This document shows, piece by piece, positions 9,147 to 19,111 of a DNA stretch of 64,000 nt (position 1 is the stretch's first letter; the number at the start of each line of letters is the position of its first letter). The stretch comes from Cyanobacteriota bacterium (lineage in GTDB: Bacteria; Cyanobacteriota; Cyanobacteriia; PCC-6307; Cyanobiaceae), in NCBI GenBank assembly GCA_046052125.1, contig JBJOMY010000005.1, positions 32,001 through 96,000 of the forward strand, read 5' to 3'. Below the pieces are notes generated by a model. It saw only the letters and a program-made list of their open reading frames with translations. It was not told the DNA's origin and did no database searches. A program made the translations under genes and the position numbers.

Positions 9147-11772
9147 CAGCAGCAGCCGTGTCGTCGGCCGCATCAGCCACTGGAGCGTCGTCGTCCTCCT
9201 GGGCCGGCGGCACCAGCACCACTTCCGAGAGGCGATCGCCGCTGTCGAGGCGCTGCAGCCGCACACCGGTGGCCGCACGCGACTGCTGCGGCACCGCATC
9301 GGCCTGCATGCGCACGATCACCCCGCGCTCACTCACCAGCAGCAGTTCCTCGCCGGCGCCGAGCACCTTCAGACCCACGAGCACATCACCATCGCGCCTG
9401 AACTTCATGCAGCGCAGGCCCATGCCCGCCCGCTTCTGGATGCGGAACTGATCCACCGGCACCCGCTTGCCCAGACCACTGGCTGAAGCCACCAGCACCC
9501 AGGGCCCTTCGCTGGGGGCCACCTCTTCGGTGTCCTCATCGTCAGCAGCGGTGCTGCTGCTCTCCACGCGATCGGCCAGCTCGACCGGCAGCACATCCAT
9601 ACTCACCAGCTGGTCGCCGGGGCGCAGGTTCATGGCGCGCACGCCACGGGCCGTGCGGCCTAGGGGCCGCAGCTCCTCATCACTGAGGCGGAAGTGGATC
9701 GTCATCCCGTTGCGGGAGCCGATCAGCAAGCTGTCGCCAGGTTGGGCGAGACGCACCCAGGTGAGCGCATCACCTTCCTCCAAAGAGATGGCGATCAAGC
9801 CATTGGAGCGGATGTTGCTGAAGGCTGAGAGGCGAGTGCGTTTGATGTAGCCGCCGCTGGTGAGCATCACCAGCACCGCGTCTTCCGCAAACTCACTCAC
9901 CGCCAGCAGTGAGGTGATCTGCTCCTCGCGGGGAATCGGCAGCAACTGCACAATCGGCGTGCCCTTGGCCGTGCGGCTGCACTGCGGCACGCGATAAGCG
10001 GGCACGGTGTAGACCACACCGCGATCCGAGAAGAGCAGCAGTGAATCGTGGTCGTTGCAGCTGATGAACAGCCGCACGGCCTCTTCACCCTGGCTGCGCG
10101 TGCCGGCCTTGCCGCGGGTCCCGCGGCTGGTGGCCTCGAATTCGCTCACCGGCATCCGCTTCAGGTAGCCGTTTTCGGTGAGCAACACCACCGAGCGCTC
10201 GTTCGCGATCAGATCGATGTCTTCGAGGCCGCCTTCCACATCGAGGATCTCGGTGCGGCGCGGCGAGTTATAGCGGGAGCGCAGCACCCCCAGCTCCTCG
10301 GTAATCAGTCCGAACACCCGTTCCTTGCGGGCCAGGATGTCCTGGTAGTCGGTGATCTTGGCGAGCAGATCCTCGTGCTCCAGCCGGATCTTGTCGGCTT
10401 CTAGAGCCGTGAGGCGGCGCAGCTGCATCTGCAAGATCGCGTCGGCCTGAATGTCACTGAGGCCGAAGCGATCCATCAGCTCGGTGCGAGCCGTGGCGGT
10501 ATCGGCAGCGGCGCGGATCAGGGTGATGATCGCGTCGAGATTATCGAGAGCGATCAGCAGGCCGAGCAGGATGTGATCGCGCTCTTCGGCCTTGCGAAGC
10601 AGGTAGCGGGTGCGGCGCTCGATCGTCTCGACGCGGAAGTCGAGGAACACCACGAGCATCTTGCGCAGGGTGAGCAGCACCGGCTCGCCCTTCACCAGCG
10701 CGAGCATGTAGGCGCTGAAGTTGCTCTGCAGCGGGGTGAGCTTGAACAGGTTGTTCAACACCACCTGCGGGTAGGCATCACGCCGCAGCTCGATCACGAT
10801 GCGCATGCCATCGCGATCGGACTCGTCGCGGATGTCGGCGATGCCCTCGAGCTTTTTGTCGTTCACCAGTTCGGCGATGCGCTCGATCAGCGCTGCCTTG
10901 TTGGTCTGATAAGGCAACTCGGTGATGATCACCGCGTCGCGATCCGGCCGACCTTTTGCTTCGATCGTTTCAATCGAAGCAACGCCGCGCATGGTTACCG
11001 AGCCGCGGCCGGTGGCATACATCTCGCGGATGCCACTGCGGCCCAGGATCTGACCGCCGGTGGGGAAATCAGGGCCCGGGATCAGTCGCAGAAGCTCTCG
11101 GTCTTCAAGCTCTGGGTTCTCGATCAGAGCGAGCAAACCATCGATCAGCTCGGTGAGGTTGTGGGGCGGGATGTTGGTCGCCATCCCCACGGCAATGCCG
11201 GTGGAGCCATTGAGCAGCAGCTGCGGGATGCGCGACGGCATCACCGTGGGCTCCTGCTGCGAGCCGTCGAAGTTGTCGATGAAATCGACGGTTTCGCACT
11301 CGATGTCTTCGAGCAGGCTGTCGGTGGTGAGCGCCTGCAACCGCGATTCGGTGTATCGCATGGCGGCCGGCGGATCGTTATCCACCGAGCCGAAGTTGCC
11401 GTGGCCGTCGATCAACGGCAGGCGCATGGAAAAGTCCTGCGCCATCCGCACCAGCGCGTCGTAGACCGCCGTATCGCCGTGAGGGTGGTACTTACCCAGC
11501 ACCTCACCCACCACACGGGCGCATTTGCGGTAGGGGCGATCGCTGGTGAGGCCCAGCTCGTACATCGCGTAGAGGATGCGCCGATGCACCGGCTTCAGGC
11601 CATCGCGGGCATCGGGCAGGGCCCGACCCACGATCACGCTCATCGCGTACTCCAGGTAGGAGCGCGACATCTCGTTGCGCAGATCCGCCTGGATGATGCG
11701 CCCGTCTGATCCAGAAGGCCCCTCCGGACCGCCCCCGGAACTCATCTCGCCGGGTTCGGTTGGATCCGCCAT
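9139..11772 (-). CDS. gyrA: DNA gyrase subunit A
   Basis: [23 protein letters not shown]-terminal pinwheel repeats, acidic tail. Confidence 0.97.
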   Translation of the reverse strand: MADPTEPGEMSSGGGPEGPSGSDGRIIQADLRNEMSRSYLEYAMSVIVGRALPDARDGLKPVHRRILYAMYELGLTSDRPYRKCARVVGEVLGKYHPHGDTAVYDALVRMAQDFSMRLPLIDGHGNFGSVDNDPPAAMRYTESRLQALTTDSLLEDIECETVDFIDNFDGSQQEPTVMPSRIPQLLLNGSTGIAVGMATNIPPHNLTELIDGLLALIENPELEDRELLRLIPGPDFPTGGQILGRSGIREMYATGRGSVTMRGVASIETIEAKGRPDRDAVIITELPYQTNKAALIERIAELVNDKKLEGIADIRDESDRDGMRIVIELRRDAYPQVVLNNLFKLTPLQSNFSAYMLALVKGEPVLLTLRKMLVVFLDFRVETIERRTRYLLRKAEERDHILLGLLIALDNLDAIITLIRAAADTATARTELMDRFGLSDIQADAILQMQLRRLTALEADKIRLEHEDLLAKITDYQDILARKERVFGLITEELGVLRSRYNSPRRTEILDVEGGLEDIDLIANERSVVLLTENGYLKRMPVSEFEATSRGTRGKAGTRSQGEEAVRLFISCNDHDSLLLFSDRGVVYTVPAYRVPQCSRTAKGTPIVQLLPIPREEQITSLLAVSEFAEDAVLVMLTSGGYIKRTRLSAFSNIRSNGLIAISLEEGDALTWVRLAQPGDSLLIGSRNGMTIHFRLSDEELRPLGRTARGVRAMNLRPGDQLVSMDVLPVELADRVESSSTAADDEDTEEVAPSEGPWVLVASASGLGKRVPVDQFRIQKRAGMGLRCMKFRRDGDVLVGLKVLGAGEELLLVSERGVIVRMQADAVPQQSRAATGVRLQRLDSGDRLSEVVLVPPAQEDDDAPVADAADDTAAADA

Positions 11773-11817
11773 TCGACAGGACTTTGATTAGAACGCATTT
11801 TATCGGTTGTTGCGCCT

Positions 11818-12960
11818 GTGTCTGCCCCCAGCGCCAGCGCGCCCGCCAGAACCGAACTGGAGCTGCAGGCGCTGCAGCGCAGCGGTGATCTGCAGGTGTG
11901 CACCGCGGCGGAGTTTCGCCAGCGGGTGCAGGAGCTCGGGCTCGATCAGGCCTATGCCCGCACCCACGTGGTGGTGGCGAGCGATGCGGGCTTCACGGCC
12001 CAGGCCTCGGTGGTGCTGCACCTGGGGCCCAGTGATCCGCCGATGCGCATTGAACGCTGGCGGCTGGGGCCGGCCGAGGCCTGGGGAGGCCACGGCAATA
12101 CGGATCTGCTGCTGCCGCTCCAGCAAGGCGGCGCCCAGGCATTGGCGCAACTGCTGCAAGGGCAGCGTCTTCCCTTCAACGCCAGCGGCCTGGCCAGCGC
12201 GCAGCAACCGCGCCAGGAGCTGGAAACCCAGCTGTCCCTGGAGCAGATCGGAGCGGGTCAGCTGCTGTTGCACCGCGGCATTAGCGAAAACGGTGTGGTG
12301 GCGGTGAGCAGCCGCGACGGCCTCACCCCCACCCCCTGGGGCCCGGTGCTTGGCCCACTCGGCAGCGGCCTGTTCAGCTGCGGCGGGGCCGGCAGCATCG
12401 GCCTCACCATGCCGGGCCTGCACAGCCTCGGGCCGGGCTCTCCCGTGCTCGTGGCCGGTGCCCTGGGTTGGGTGAGCGGCGCCGGCGCCGGCCACAACCC
12501 TCAGGTGCGCCGCCAGGCCAGCGGCCATGCCCTGAGCCCTGGAGCCAGCTGCGCTCTGGCCGTGGATCTGCACGGGTTGCAGCCACGCTGGATCCGCGCC
12601 TGTGAGCACCGGCAGGAGGGGAGCGGTCTTCTGGTGGCGGTGGCAGCGCCCGTGCCGCTCCTCAACAAGGCCATGGCACGCCAGGCCTGCTGCGACAACG
12701 ATCAGCTGCAGGCACCTGTGCTCGATTACGGCATTCCCCGACGGGTCAAACCGAGCCTGGCCTCGGCGAGCTACAGCCAGCTGCTCAGCGGTGAGCTGCA
12801 GCTGGGCGAGCAGCGGATCCGCTGCGCACCGGCCCACAGTCCACGGCTGGCAGCAGAGATCGCCGAAGCGCTGTGCGAGCAGCTGCGGGCAGGCAGCTTT
12901 CCCTTGCGGCTGCCACTGCAGGCCCTGCCGCAACGCCCAGCACTCCTGCCACTGGAGTGA
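11818..12960 (+). CDS. DUF39 / homocysteine-biosynthesis family protein (divergent)
   Basis: VCTAAEF, GPSDPPMRI, GGAGSI, LGPGSPVLVAGALG, APVLDYGIPRR, SYSQLLSG pattern; start uncertain. Confidence 0.7.
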   Translation: MSAPSASAPARTELELQALQRSGDLQVCTAAEFRQRVQELGLDQAYARTHVVVASDAGFTAQASVVLHLGPSDPPMRIERWRLGPAEAWGGHGNTDLLLPLQQGGAQALAQLLQGQRLPFNASGLASAQQPRQELETQLSLEQIGAGQLLLHRGISENGVVAVSSRDGLTPTPWGPVLGPLGSGLFSCGGAGSIGLTMPGLHSLGPGSPVLVAGALGWVSGAGAGHNPQVRRQASGHALSPGASCALAVDLHGLQPRWIRACEHRQEGSGLLVAVAAPVPLLNKAMARQACCDNDQLQAPVLDYGIPRRVKPSLASASYSQLLSGELQLGEQRIRCAPAHSPRLAAEIAEALCEQLRAGSFPLRLPLQALPQRPALLPLE

Positions 12961-13014
12961 ACAGCGCTGAAAAACGGCCGTAAGCTCCCCAGCTGATGAA
13001 ACTGCTCCAGACCC

Positions 13015-13629
13015 ATGGCTGACGCTCCTGCCCCGACGCCGGACAACGAGCAGCAGCCTGAGGTCCTCGAGCTGGGTGCCGAGACCGCTCCGACTGCCGC
13101 AACGGCCGCTGACCCTGCCCCAACAGCCGCCGCGCCTGCAGAGGCACCAGCACCCGAGCGCGAGCCCGAGCCCGAGCCGGAGCCTGCGGCACCGGAACCC
13201 CCGAGCGCAACGGTGGCCGAGGTTCCCGCTCCTGTCGTGATCGACACCCCCACCGTGGCCAGCACCATCGAGGTGCCGGCAAAAGCGCCAGTGAACCCAA
13301 CACCGACTGAAGAGGGTGGCGAGTGGGATCTGCTGGTGCAGAAACTACGCAACTGGATCGCCAGTGGCCAGCTGCAGCAGCAATGGCAGGCCGCGCGCAC
13401 ACCCCTGAGCCTGCTGGCAGGGCTGATCGCCGTGCTGCTGGTGCTGCGGGTGTATTCGGCTGTGCTGGGGGTGCTCGACAGCATCCCGCTTCTGTCCGGC
13501 CTCCTGGAGCTGGCAGGACTAGTGGCGGTGATTCAGTTCAGCCTCACACGCCTGGTGCGCAGCGAGGATCGCCGTGAAGTGATCGGCGGCTTGAGGCAGC
13601 GCTGGAAGAGCTTCCGGGGCCGCAGCTGA
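13015..13629 (+). CDS. CAAD domain (CurT-like) membrane protein with long Pro/Glu/Ala-rich N-terminus
   Basis: C-terminal LDSIPLLSGLLELAGL...LVRSEDR. Confidence 0.8.
   Translation: MADAPAPTPDNEQQPEVLELGAETAPTAATAADPAPTAAAPAEAPAPEREPEPEPEPAAPEPPSATVAEVPAPVVIDTPTVASTIEVPAKAPVNPTPTEEGGEWDLLVQKLRNWIASGQLQQQWQAARTPLSLLAGLIAVLLVLRVYSAVLGVLDSIPLLSGLLELAGLVAVIQFSLTRLVRSEDRREVIGGLRQRWKSFRGRS
13153..13185 (+). repeat. in-frame degenerate hexamer repeat (CCCGAG)n encoding a PE run
   Basis: cccgagcgcgagcccgagcccgagccggagcct. Confidence 0.6.
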
Positions 13630-13694
13630 GCAGCTCTTGCGGACCTTGGCATCGGGCCGGTTGATAGCTTGGCCCGATTGCATCAAGGTCCCTG

Positions 13695-14858
13695 GTGGAG
13701 ATTCAGCTCGGTCGTTCCCGCACTGTTCGCCGCGCCTACGGCATCGATGAAATCGCCCTGGTGCCGGGTGGTCGCACCGTGGATCCCGCGGTCACCGACA
13801 GCAGCTGGACCCTGGGCGGTGTGACCCGCGAGATCCCGATCATCGCCAGCGCCATGGACGGCGTGGTGGATGTGGGCATGTGCGTGGAGCTCACCAAGCA
13901 GGGCGCCCTGGGGGTGCTCAACCTCGAAGGTGTGCAGTGCCGCTACGACGACCCCAACCCCGCCCTCGACCGCATTGCCGCGGTGGGCAAAGAGGAGTTC
14001 GTGCCGCTGATGCAGGAGCTCTACAGCCAGCCGGTGCGCGAAGACCTCATCCGCAAGCGCATCGCTGAAATCAAAGAGCGCGGCGGCATCGCAGCGGTGA
14101 GCGCCACCCCCGTGGCCGCTCTGAAGTTCGGCAAGGCAATCGCCGAGGCCGGCGCCGATCTGTTCTTCGTGCAGGCCACCGTAGTGAGCACGGAGCACGT
14201 GGGGCCCGAAGGTCAGGAAAGCCTGGATCTCGAAGCGCTCTGCCGCGACTTCGGCGTGCCGGTGATCATCGGCAACTGCGTCACCTACGAGGTGGCCCTG
14301 AAGCTGATGCGCGCGGGTGCCGCCGGGGTGATGGTGGGCATCGGTCCTGGTGCCGCCTGCACCAGCCGCGGCGTGCTCGGCATCGGCATCCCCCAGGCCA
14401 CCTCCGTGGCCGACTGCGCTGCCGCCCGCGACGACTACATGAAGGAGAGCGGCCGTTACGTGCCGATCGTGGCCGACGGCGGAATCGTCACCGGCGGTGA
14501 CATCTGCAAGTGCTTGGCCTGCGGCGCCGATGCCGTGATGATCGGTTCGCCGATCGCCCGTGCCGCCGAGGCTCCCGGCCGTGGCTTCCACTGGGGCATG
14601 GCCACCCCGAGCCCCGTGCTGCCCCGCGGCACCCGCATCAAGGTGGGCACCACCGGCAGCCTCGAGAAGATCCTGCGCGGCCCGGCCTCTCTCGACGACG
14701 GCACCCAGAACCTGCTGGGCTGCATTCGCACCTCCATGGGCACCCTCGGGGCGCGCACCCTCAAAGAGATGCAGCAGGTGGAAGTGGTGGTGGCACCGTC
14801 CCTACTCACCGAAGGCAAGGTGTACCAGAAGGCCCAGCAGTTGGGCATGGGCAAATAA
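13695..14858 (+). CDS. guaB: IMP dehydrogenase family protein (GuaB3 type)
   Basis: RRAYGIDEIALVP, ASAMDGVV, VGIGPGAACTSR, ADGG, HWGMAT. Confidence 0.93.
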   Translation: MEIQLGRSRTVRRAYGIDEIALVPGGRTVDPAVTDSSWTLGGVTREIPIIASAMDGVVDVGMCVELTKQGALGVLNLEGVQCRYDDPNPALDRIAAVGKEEFVPLMQELYSQPVREDLIRKRIAEIKERGGIAAVSATPVAALKFGKAIAEAGADLFFVQATVVSTEHVGPEGQESLDLEALCRDFGVPVIIGNCVTYEVALKLMRAGAAGVMVGIGPGAACTSRGVLGIGIPQATSVADCAAARDDYMKESGRYVPIVADGGIVTGGDICKCLACGADAVMIGSPIARAAEAPGRGFHWGMATPSPVLPRGTRIKVGTTGSLEKILRGPASLDDGTQNLLGCIRTSMGTLGARTLKEMQQVEVVVAPSLLTEGKVYQKAQQLGMGK

Positions 14859-14902
14859 CCCTGCATCACTGACCCCGCAGACAGCGGCGTTACCCTCATC
14901 AC

Positions 14903-14965
14903 GTGCGGGCTTCGGCCCACACACTCCTCACACCCCCCGGCCCGGCGCGTCTGGGCCTTCTGTCT
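14903..14965 (+). ncRNA. yfr1: Yfr1 small RNA
   Basis: Exact motif ACTCCTCACAC at 14923-14933 between a GGGC-TTCG-GCCC hairpin and a GGCCC/GGGCC terminator-like hairpin; canonical guaB-trxA position; TACCCT -10-like box at 14891-14896; ends approximate. Confidence 0.9.
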
Positions 14966-14982
14966 TGTTCAGGCCCTGGTGA

Positions 14983-15035
14983 GGCCTGGTTTCAGCCCTG
15001 CCGGTAACGACTTCCAGCAGGGCTGAAACCAGGCC
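14983..15035. repeat. perfect 19-bp inverted repeat
   Basis: GGCCTGGTTTCAGCCCTGC (14983-15001) / GCAGGGCTGAAACCAGGCC (15017-15035). Confidence 0.9.
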
Positions 15036-15044
15036 GGAAACCAT

Positions 15045-15053
15045 TGCTAGATT
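15045..15053 (+). promoter_or_regulatory. putative extended -10 element of trxA
   Basis: TGcTAGATT ending 25 nt upstream of the trxA ATG. Confidence 0.45.
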
Positions 15054-15077
15054 CCCAAAACACTGACCCAACCACGG

Positions 15078-15401
15078 ATGTCCAGCGCCGCAGCCGTCAC
15101 CGACGCATCCTTCGAGCAGGACGTGCTCAAGAGCGATGTGCCTGTGCTGGTGGATTTCTGGGCCCCCTGGTGTGGCCCCTGCCGCATGGTGGCCCCGATC
15201 GTTGACGAAATCGCCAAGGAATTCGAGGGCAAGATCAAGGTGTTCAAGCTGAACACCGACGAAAACCCCAACGTGGCCAGCCAGTACGGCATCCGCAGCA
15301 TCCCGACCCTGATGGTGTTCAAAGACGGTCAGAAAGTGGACACCGTGGTGGGTGCAGTGCCCAAGACCACCCTCTCCGGCACCATTTCCAAATACCTCTG
15401 A
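15078..15401 (+). CDS. trxA: thioredoxin (m-type)
   Basis: [17 protein letters not shown]. Confidence 0.97.
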   Translation: MSSAAAVTDASFEQDVLKSDVPVLVDFWAPWCGPCRMVAPIVDEIAKEFEGKIKVFKLNTDENPNVASQYGIRSIPTLMVFKDGQKVDTVVGAVPKTTLSGTISKYL

Positions 15402-15440
15402 TCAGGCGGAGGGCGTGATCCACGCCCGGATAGCCTCGAA

Positions 15441-15464
15441 GCCCGGCCATGAGCCGGGTTTTTT
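15441..15464 (+). terminator. rho-independent terminator after trxA
   Basis: GCCCGGC-catga-GCCGGGT followed by a T run. Confidence 0.75.
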
Positions 15465-15506
15465 CATGCCGCCTTCCCAGCCCACGTCCCCCGATCGCCC
15501 CTTCGG

Positions 15507-16562
15507 TTGATGGAGCAGAGCCCTCTTCAGGCCCTCGATCAGGAACTGCAACACCACCCTCAGCGGCGGGCGATCGAGCGCAGCATCGTGAGCCTGCTGG
15601 AGATTGCCAAGGGCAGCAGCGATGCCGATGAATGGCGGCTGATCAATGGAGCCCTGGCCGATATCCGCGACGGCCTCAGCGTGTTCGCTCCGCACCGTCA
15701 GACCCGCAAGGTGACGGTGTTCGGCTCCGCCAGAACCAGGGCCGATGAACCCGCCTACAAGCTCGCCCAGGAGCTCGCGGTGGAGGCTGTTGAGCGTGGC
15801 TTTGAGGTGATGACCGGCGCCGGCGGGGGAATCATGGAGGCCGCCAATAGCGGCGCCGGCTGCGAGAACAGCATCGGGCTGAATGTGGATCTGCCGTTTG
15901 AGCAGCACGCCAATCGCTTCGTGAATGCCTGCGATGGACGCTTACTCCACTTCCGCTATTTCTTCACGCGCAAACTCTTCTTTCTGCGTGAGAGCGATGC
16001 CCTGGTGGTGATGCCGGGCGGCTTCGGCACCTTCGATGAGCTGTTCGAGTCGCTCACCCTGATCCAAACCGGCCGCACGCCGCCGATCCCGCTGGTGATG
16101 CTTGCCCCGAGCGGCGATCACTTCTGGCCCGATTGGCTGCAGGACATCCAACAGGACCTCGCCAGCCGCGGCCTGATCTCTCCAGAAGACACCTGCCTGC
16201 TCAAGCAAGCAAGCACGGCCGAGGAGGCCATGCAGCACATCTGCCACTTCTACCGGGTGTTTCACACCGCCCAGTTCGCGGAAGACCGCATGGAACTGCT
16301 GCTGCACAGCGCAATCAGCGCCGACACCCTGGCCATCCTCAACCGCGAGTTCGACGAACTGGTGGATGAAGGCAGCATCAGCCAGGGGGAGAGCTGCGAT
16401 AGCAACGGCATCCTGCGTCCGTGCCTGCGCTTTCACCTCGATCGGCGCCGGGTGGGGCAGCTGTATCAGCTGATCGATCGGCTCAACGACCTGCCCTTGG
16501 AGGTGGCTCCGGCGATCGAGCAACCTGGCCAAAGGATCCGCAGCACCATCGCCCGCCCATGA
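15507..16562 (+). CDS. LOG family (TIGR00730-like) protein with N- and C-terminal extensions
   Basis: VFGSART, TGAGGGIMEAAN, YFFTRK, PGGFGTFDE. Confidence 0.88.
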   Translation: MMEQSPLQALDQELQHHPQRRAIERSIVSLLEIAKGSSDADEWRLINGALADIRDGLSVFAPHRQTRKVTVFGSARTRADEPAYKLAQELAVEAVERGFEVMTGAGGGIMEAANSGAGCENSIGLNVDLPFEQHANRFVNACDGRLLHFRYFFTRKLFFLRESDALVVMPGGFGTFDELFESLTLIQTGRTPPIPLVMLAPSGDHFWPDWLQDIQQDLASRGLISPEDTCLLKQASTAEEAMQHICHFYRVFHTAQFAEDRMELLLHSAISADTLAILNREFDELVDEGSISQGESCDSNGILRPCLRFHLDRRRVGQLYQLIDRLNDLPLEVAPAIEQPGQRIRSTIARP

Positions 16563-17185
16563 CACGCATCGGCCTGATCGATTACGGCATGGGCAATCTG
16601 CACTCCGTGCAGCGGGCCTTCGAGCGACTGGGCTGCAGCATCCAGGCGGTTAGCAGCGCCAGCGCGATGGAGGGCTGCGATGCCTTGGTGCTGCCTGGGG
16701 TAGGGGCGTTTGATCCAGCCATGGAGCGCCTGCACAGCTCTGGCTTGGTGCCGGCCCTGCGCCAGTGGTGCGGCGCTGATCGGCCGCTGCTGGGAATCTG
16801 CCTAGGCCTGCAACTGCTGTTTGAAGGCAGCGATGAGGGCGAACGCGAAGGGCTGGGCCTTCTGGCTGGCCATGTGGCGGCGCTACCGCGCCAGAGCGGC
16901 CACCCCGTTCCCCACATGGGCTGGGAGCCGCTGCAAGCGAAGACCCCCAGCCCGCTGCTGCCCGCCGATGGCAAACCGGAATGGATGTACTTCGTGCATT
17001 CCTATGCCGCCGTCCCGAGCGACCCCGCCTGCACCACCGCGGCGGTGAGCTTCGGAGCGCACAGCCTCACCGCCGCGGTCTGGCAGGGCCGAATCGGAGC
17101 CTGTCAGTTCCACCCGGAAAAATCAGGTCTGAGCGGTGAGGCAATGCTGCGCCGCTGGCTGCACTGGGTTGAGCAACAGGCATGA
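16559..17185 (+). CDS. hisH: imidazole glycerol phosphate synthase, glutaminase subunit
   Basis: IDYGMGNL, LPGVGAF, GICLG, QFHPEKS. Confidence 0.95.
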   Translation: MTRIGLIDYGMGNLHSVQRAFERLGCSIQAVSSASAMEGCDALVLPGVGAFDPAMERLHSSGLVPALRQWCGADRPLLGICLGLQLLFEGSDEGEREGLGLLAGHVAALPRQSGHPVPHMGWEPLQAKTPSPLLPADGKPEWMYFVHSYAAVPSDPACTTAAVSFGAHSLTAAVWQGRIGACQFHPEKSGLSGEAMLRRWLHWVEQQA

Positions 17186-17751
17186 GCCTGCGCCTCAGCG
17201 GCGGCCGCCGGCTGCACAGTCCGCCTGGAGAGATCGCCAGGCCCACCCCATCAAGGGTGCGGCTGGCGGTGATGAACATGCTGGCCGCTGAGCTGCCAGG
17301 CTGCCGCTGGCTCGATTTGTTCTGCGGCAGCGGCGTGATGGGCTGCGAAGCCCTGCAGCGCGGTGCTGCAGCCGTGGTGGCCGTGGATCAGCAGCGCTCG
17401 ATGGCTGCCACCAGTCGCACCAACCTTGAGCTCTCAAGCTCCGGTTCGATCAACACGCCATCGATTGAGGTGGTGTGCCAGGAGGTGTTGGGCTGGCTGG
17501 GGCGCGGGCGACCAGCCAACCAGGAGCCCTTTCACGTGATTTATGCCGACCCTCCCTACTCGGCCGGGCTCTACGGGCCCGTGGCTGCAGCGGTGAAGCG
17601 GGGAAACTGGATCGACCCACAGGGATCGATGCTGCTGGAATGCAGCTCCTCAGCCTTGCCTGATCTCCAGAACGAGGCGTTTGAAGGCTGGGAGCTGCTG
17701 AAGCAGAAGCGTTACGGAAGCAGCACCGTGCTGGTGCTGGCGCCGAGCTGA
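17182..17751 (+). CDS. rsmD: 16S rRNA m2G966 methyltransferase
   Basis: RPT, LDLFCGSG, DPPY, KRYG. Confidence 0.9.
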   Translation: MSLRLSGGRRLHSPPGEIARPTPSRVRLAVMNMLAAELPGCRWLDLFCGSGVMGCEALQRGAAAVVAVDQQRSMAATSRTNLELSSSGSINTPSIEVVCQEVLGWLGRGRPANQEPFHVIYADPPYSAGLYGPVAAAVKRGNWIDPQGSMLLECSSSALPDLQNEAFEGWELLKQKRYGSSTVLVLAPS

Positions 17752-17756
17752 TGGGC

Positions 17757-17870
17757 TCAGCCCCCCAGAGCGCTGCCGCGGCGGTACTGGTTCCAGGCTG
17801 CAACAAAAAGGCCAGCCAGGGTCACGGGAATCAGACCGAGCACGATGCCGCAGAGCAGGGGTTCGATCAT
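17757..17870 (-). CDS. petG: cytochrome b6f subunit V
   Basis: [32 protein letters not shown]. Confidence 0.97.
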   Translation of the reverse strand: MIEPLLCGIVLGLIPVTLAGLFVAAWNQYRRGSALGG

Positions 17871-17887
17871 GGGGTGAAGCACCAGCG

Positions 17888-18337
17888 TTGGTTGCACAAT
17901 TCTTTCACGCCCCCAGCGCCCAGCGCGACCTGTTCGCACCATCTGTGATCGGACCCTCCATTCCTGAGAGCGACAACGACACCGCCACCAGCCGCGGGTT
18001 GATCCCTGCCCTGGTGCTGCTGGCCGCGGCCTGCGTCGCCGTGCTCGCGATCGTGGTGCTGCCGGCCGCCCGCAGCGACCCCTACACCCGCAGCACCCTG
18101 CAGCTCATGGGCTCCGCCGAGCGCGGTGAGCAGCTGTTTCTGATCAACTGCGCGGGCTGCCATGGGATCGCGGCCCAGGGGCTCGTGGGGCCGAACCTGC
18201 ACGGGGTGGACAGCCGCAAGAACAACCGCCAGTTGATTCAACAGGTGGTGAGTGGCCGCACGCCGCCCATGCCGCGCTTCCAGCCCGAGCCCCAGGCCAT
18301 GGCCGACCTGCTCACCTATCTGCACACGCTCACATGA
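17888..18337 (+). CDS. cytM: cytochrome cM-like c-type cytochrome
   Basis: CAGCH heme motif, TPPMP axial Met, N-terminal TM; real start probably downstream (e.g. GTG 17945). Confidence 0.85.
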   Translation: MVAQFFHAPSAQRDLFAPSVIGPSIPESDNDTATSRGLIPALVLLAAACVAVLAIVVLPAARSDPYTRSTLQLMGSAERGEQLFLINCAGCHGIAAQGLVGPNLHGVDSRKNNRQLIQQVVSGRTPPMPRFQPEPQAMADLLTYLHTLT

Positions 18338-19080
18338 GCCTGGCGGTGGTGCTGGTGGAGCCCGCGGGCCCACTGAACGTGGGCAGCGTGGCCCGGCTCT
18401 GCGCCAACTTCGAGATTCCCCAGCTCCGTCTGGTGGCACCGCGCTGCGATCATCTGGGCGTCGAAGCCCGCCAGATGGCCGTGCACGGTGAAGCCGTGCT
18501 CGAGCAGGCCCAGCTCTATCCCAACCTCGCCGCCGCCCTGAGTGATTGCCAGCGGGTGGTGGCCACCAGCGGGCGGACGGAAACCGAAAGCTTGCCTCTC
18601 AGCGACCCGGCACCTGCCCTGAGCTGGCTATTGGAGGGAGCCCAGGGGCCCGCCACGGCGGCCCTCGTCTTCGGCCGGGAAGATCGCGGCTTGAGCAATG
18701 GGGAACTGCTGCAGGCCGGCCGGGTCGTGCGGCTCGACACCAGCGAGGCCTACGCCTCCCTCAACCTCTCCCATGCGGTGGCGATCTGCCTGCATGAACT
18801 GCAGAACTGCCGGGCCCAAGCCGATGGCCGTCCCGTGAGGCAGCCCACGCTGAGCGAGAGCACCGGCGATCTGTGCAACCGCGGCGACCTCGAGGCGGCC
18901 CTGGCCGATGCCGAAGCCCTGCTGCTGGACGTGGGGTTCCTTTACCCCCACACCGCCGAAGCGCGCATGGCCAAGCTCAGGGCCCTGCTGCAGCGGGCCC
19001 AGGTGCAGCAGCAGGAGGTGGCGCTGCTGCGCGGGATGGTGCGTCAACTGCGCTGGGCATCCCAGCGGCAGACCCCTTAA
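18334..19080 (+). CDS. trmJ: SPOUT RNA methyltransferase (TrmJ/LasT family)
   Basis: EPAGPLNVGSVAR, VFGREDRGL, SLNLSHAV. Confidence 0.85.
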   Translation: MSLAVVLVEPAGPLNVGSVARLCANFEIPQLRLVAPRCDHLGVEARQMAVHGEAVLEQAQLYPNLAAALSDCQRVVATSGRTETESLPLSDPAPALSWLLEGAQGPATAALVFGREDRGLSNGELLQAGRVVRLDTSEAYASLNLSHAVAICLHELQNCRAQADGRPVRQPTLSESTGDLCNRGDLEAALADAEALLLDVGFLYPHTAEARMAKLRALLQRAQVQQQEVALLRGMVRQLRWASQRQTP

Positions 19081-19111
19081 CGTCCGGTCCGTCCGCCAAC
19101 AGCCAGCAGCC

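Noticed and set aside
9147..9299. N-terminal extension of the 428-aa ORF
   Set aside because: Lies inside gyrA in another frame; the ATG at 9146 overlapping the gyrA stop is far more plausible
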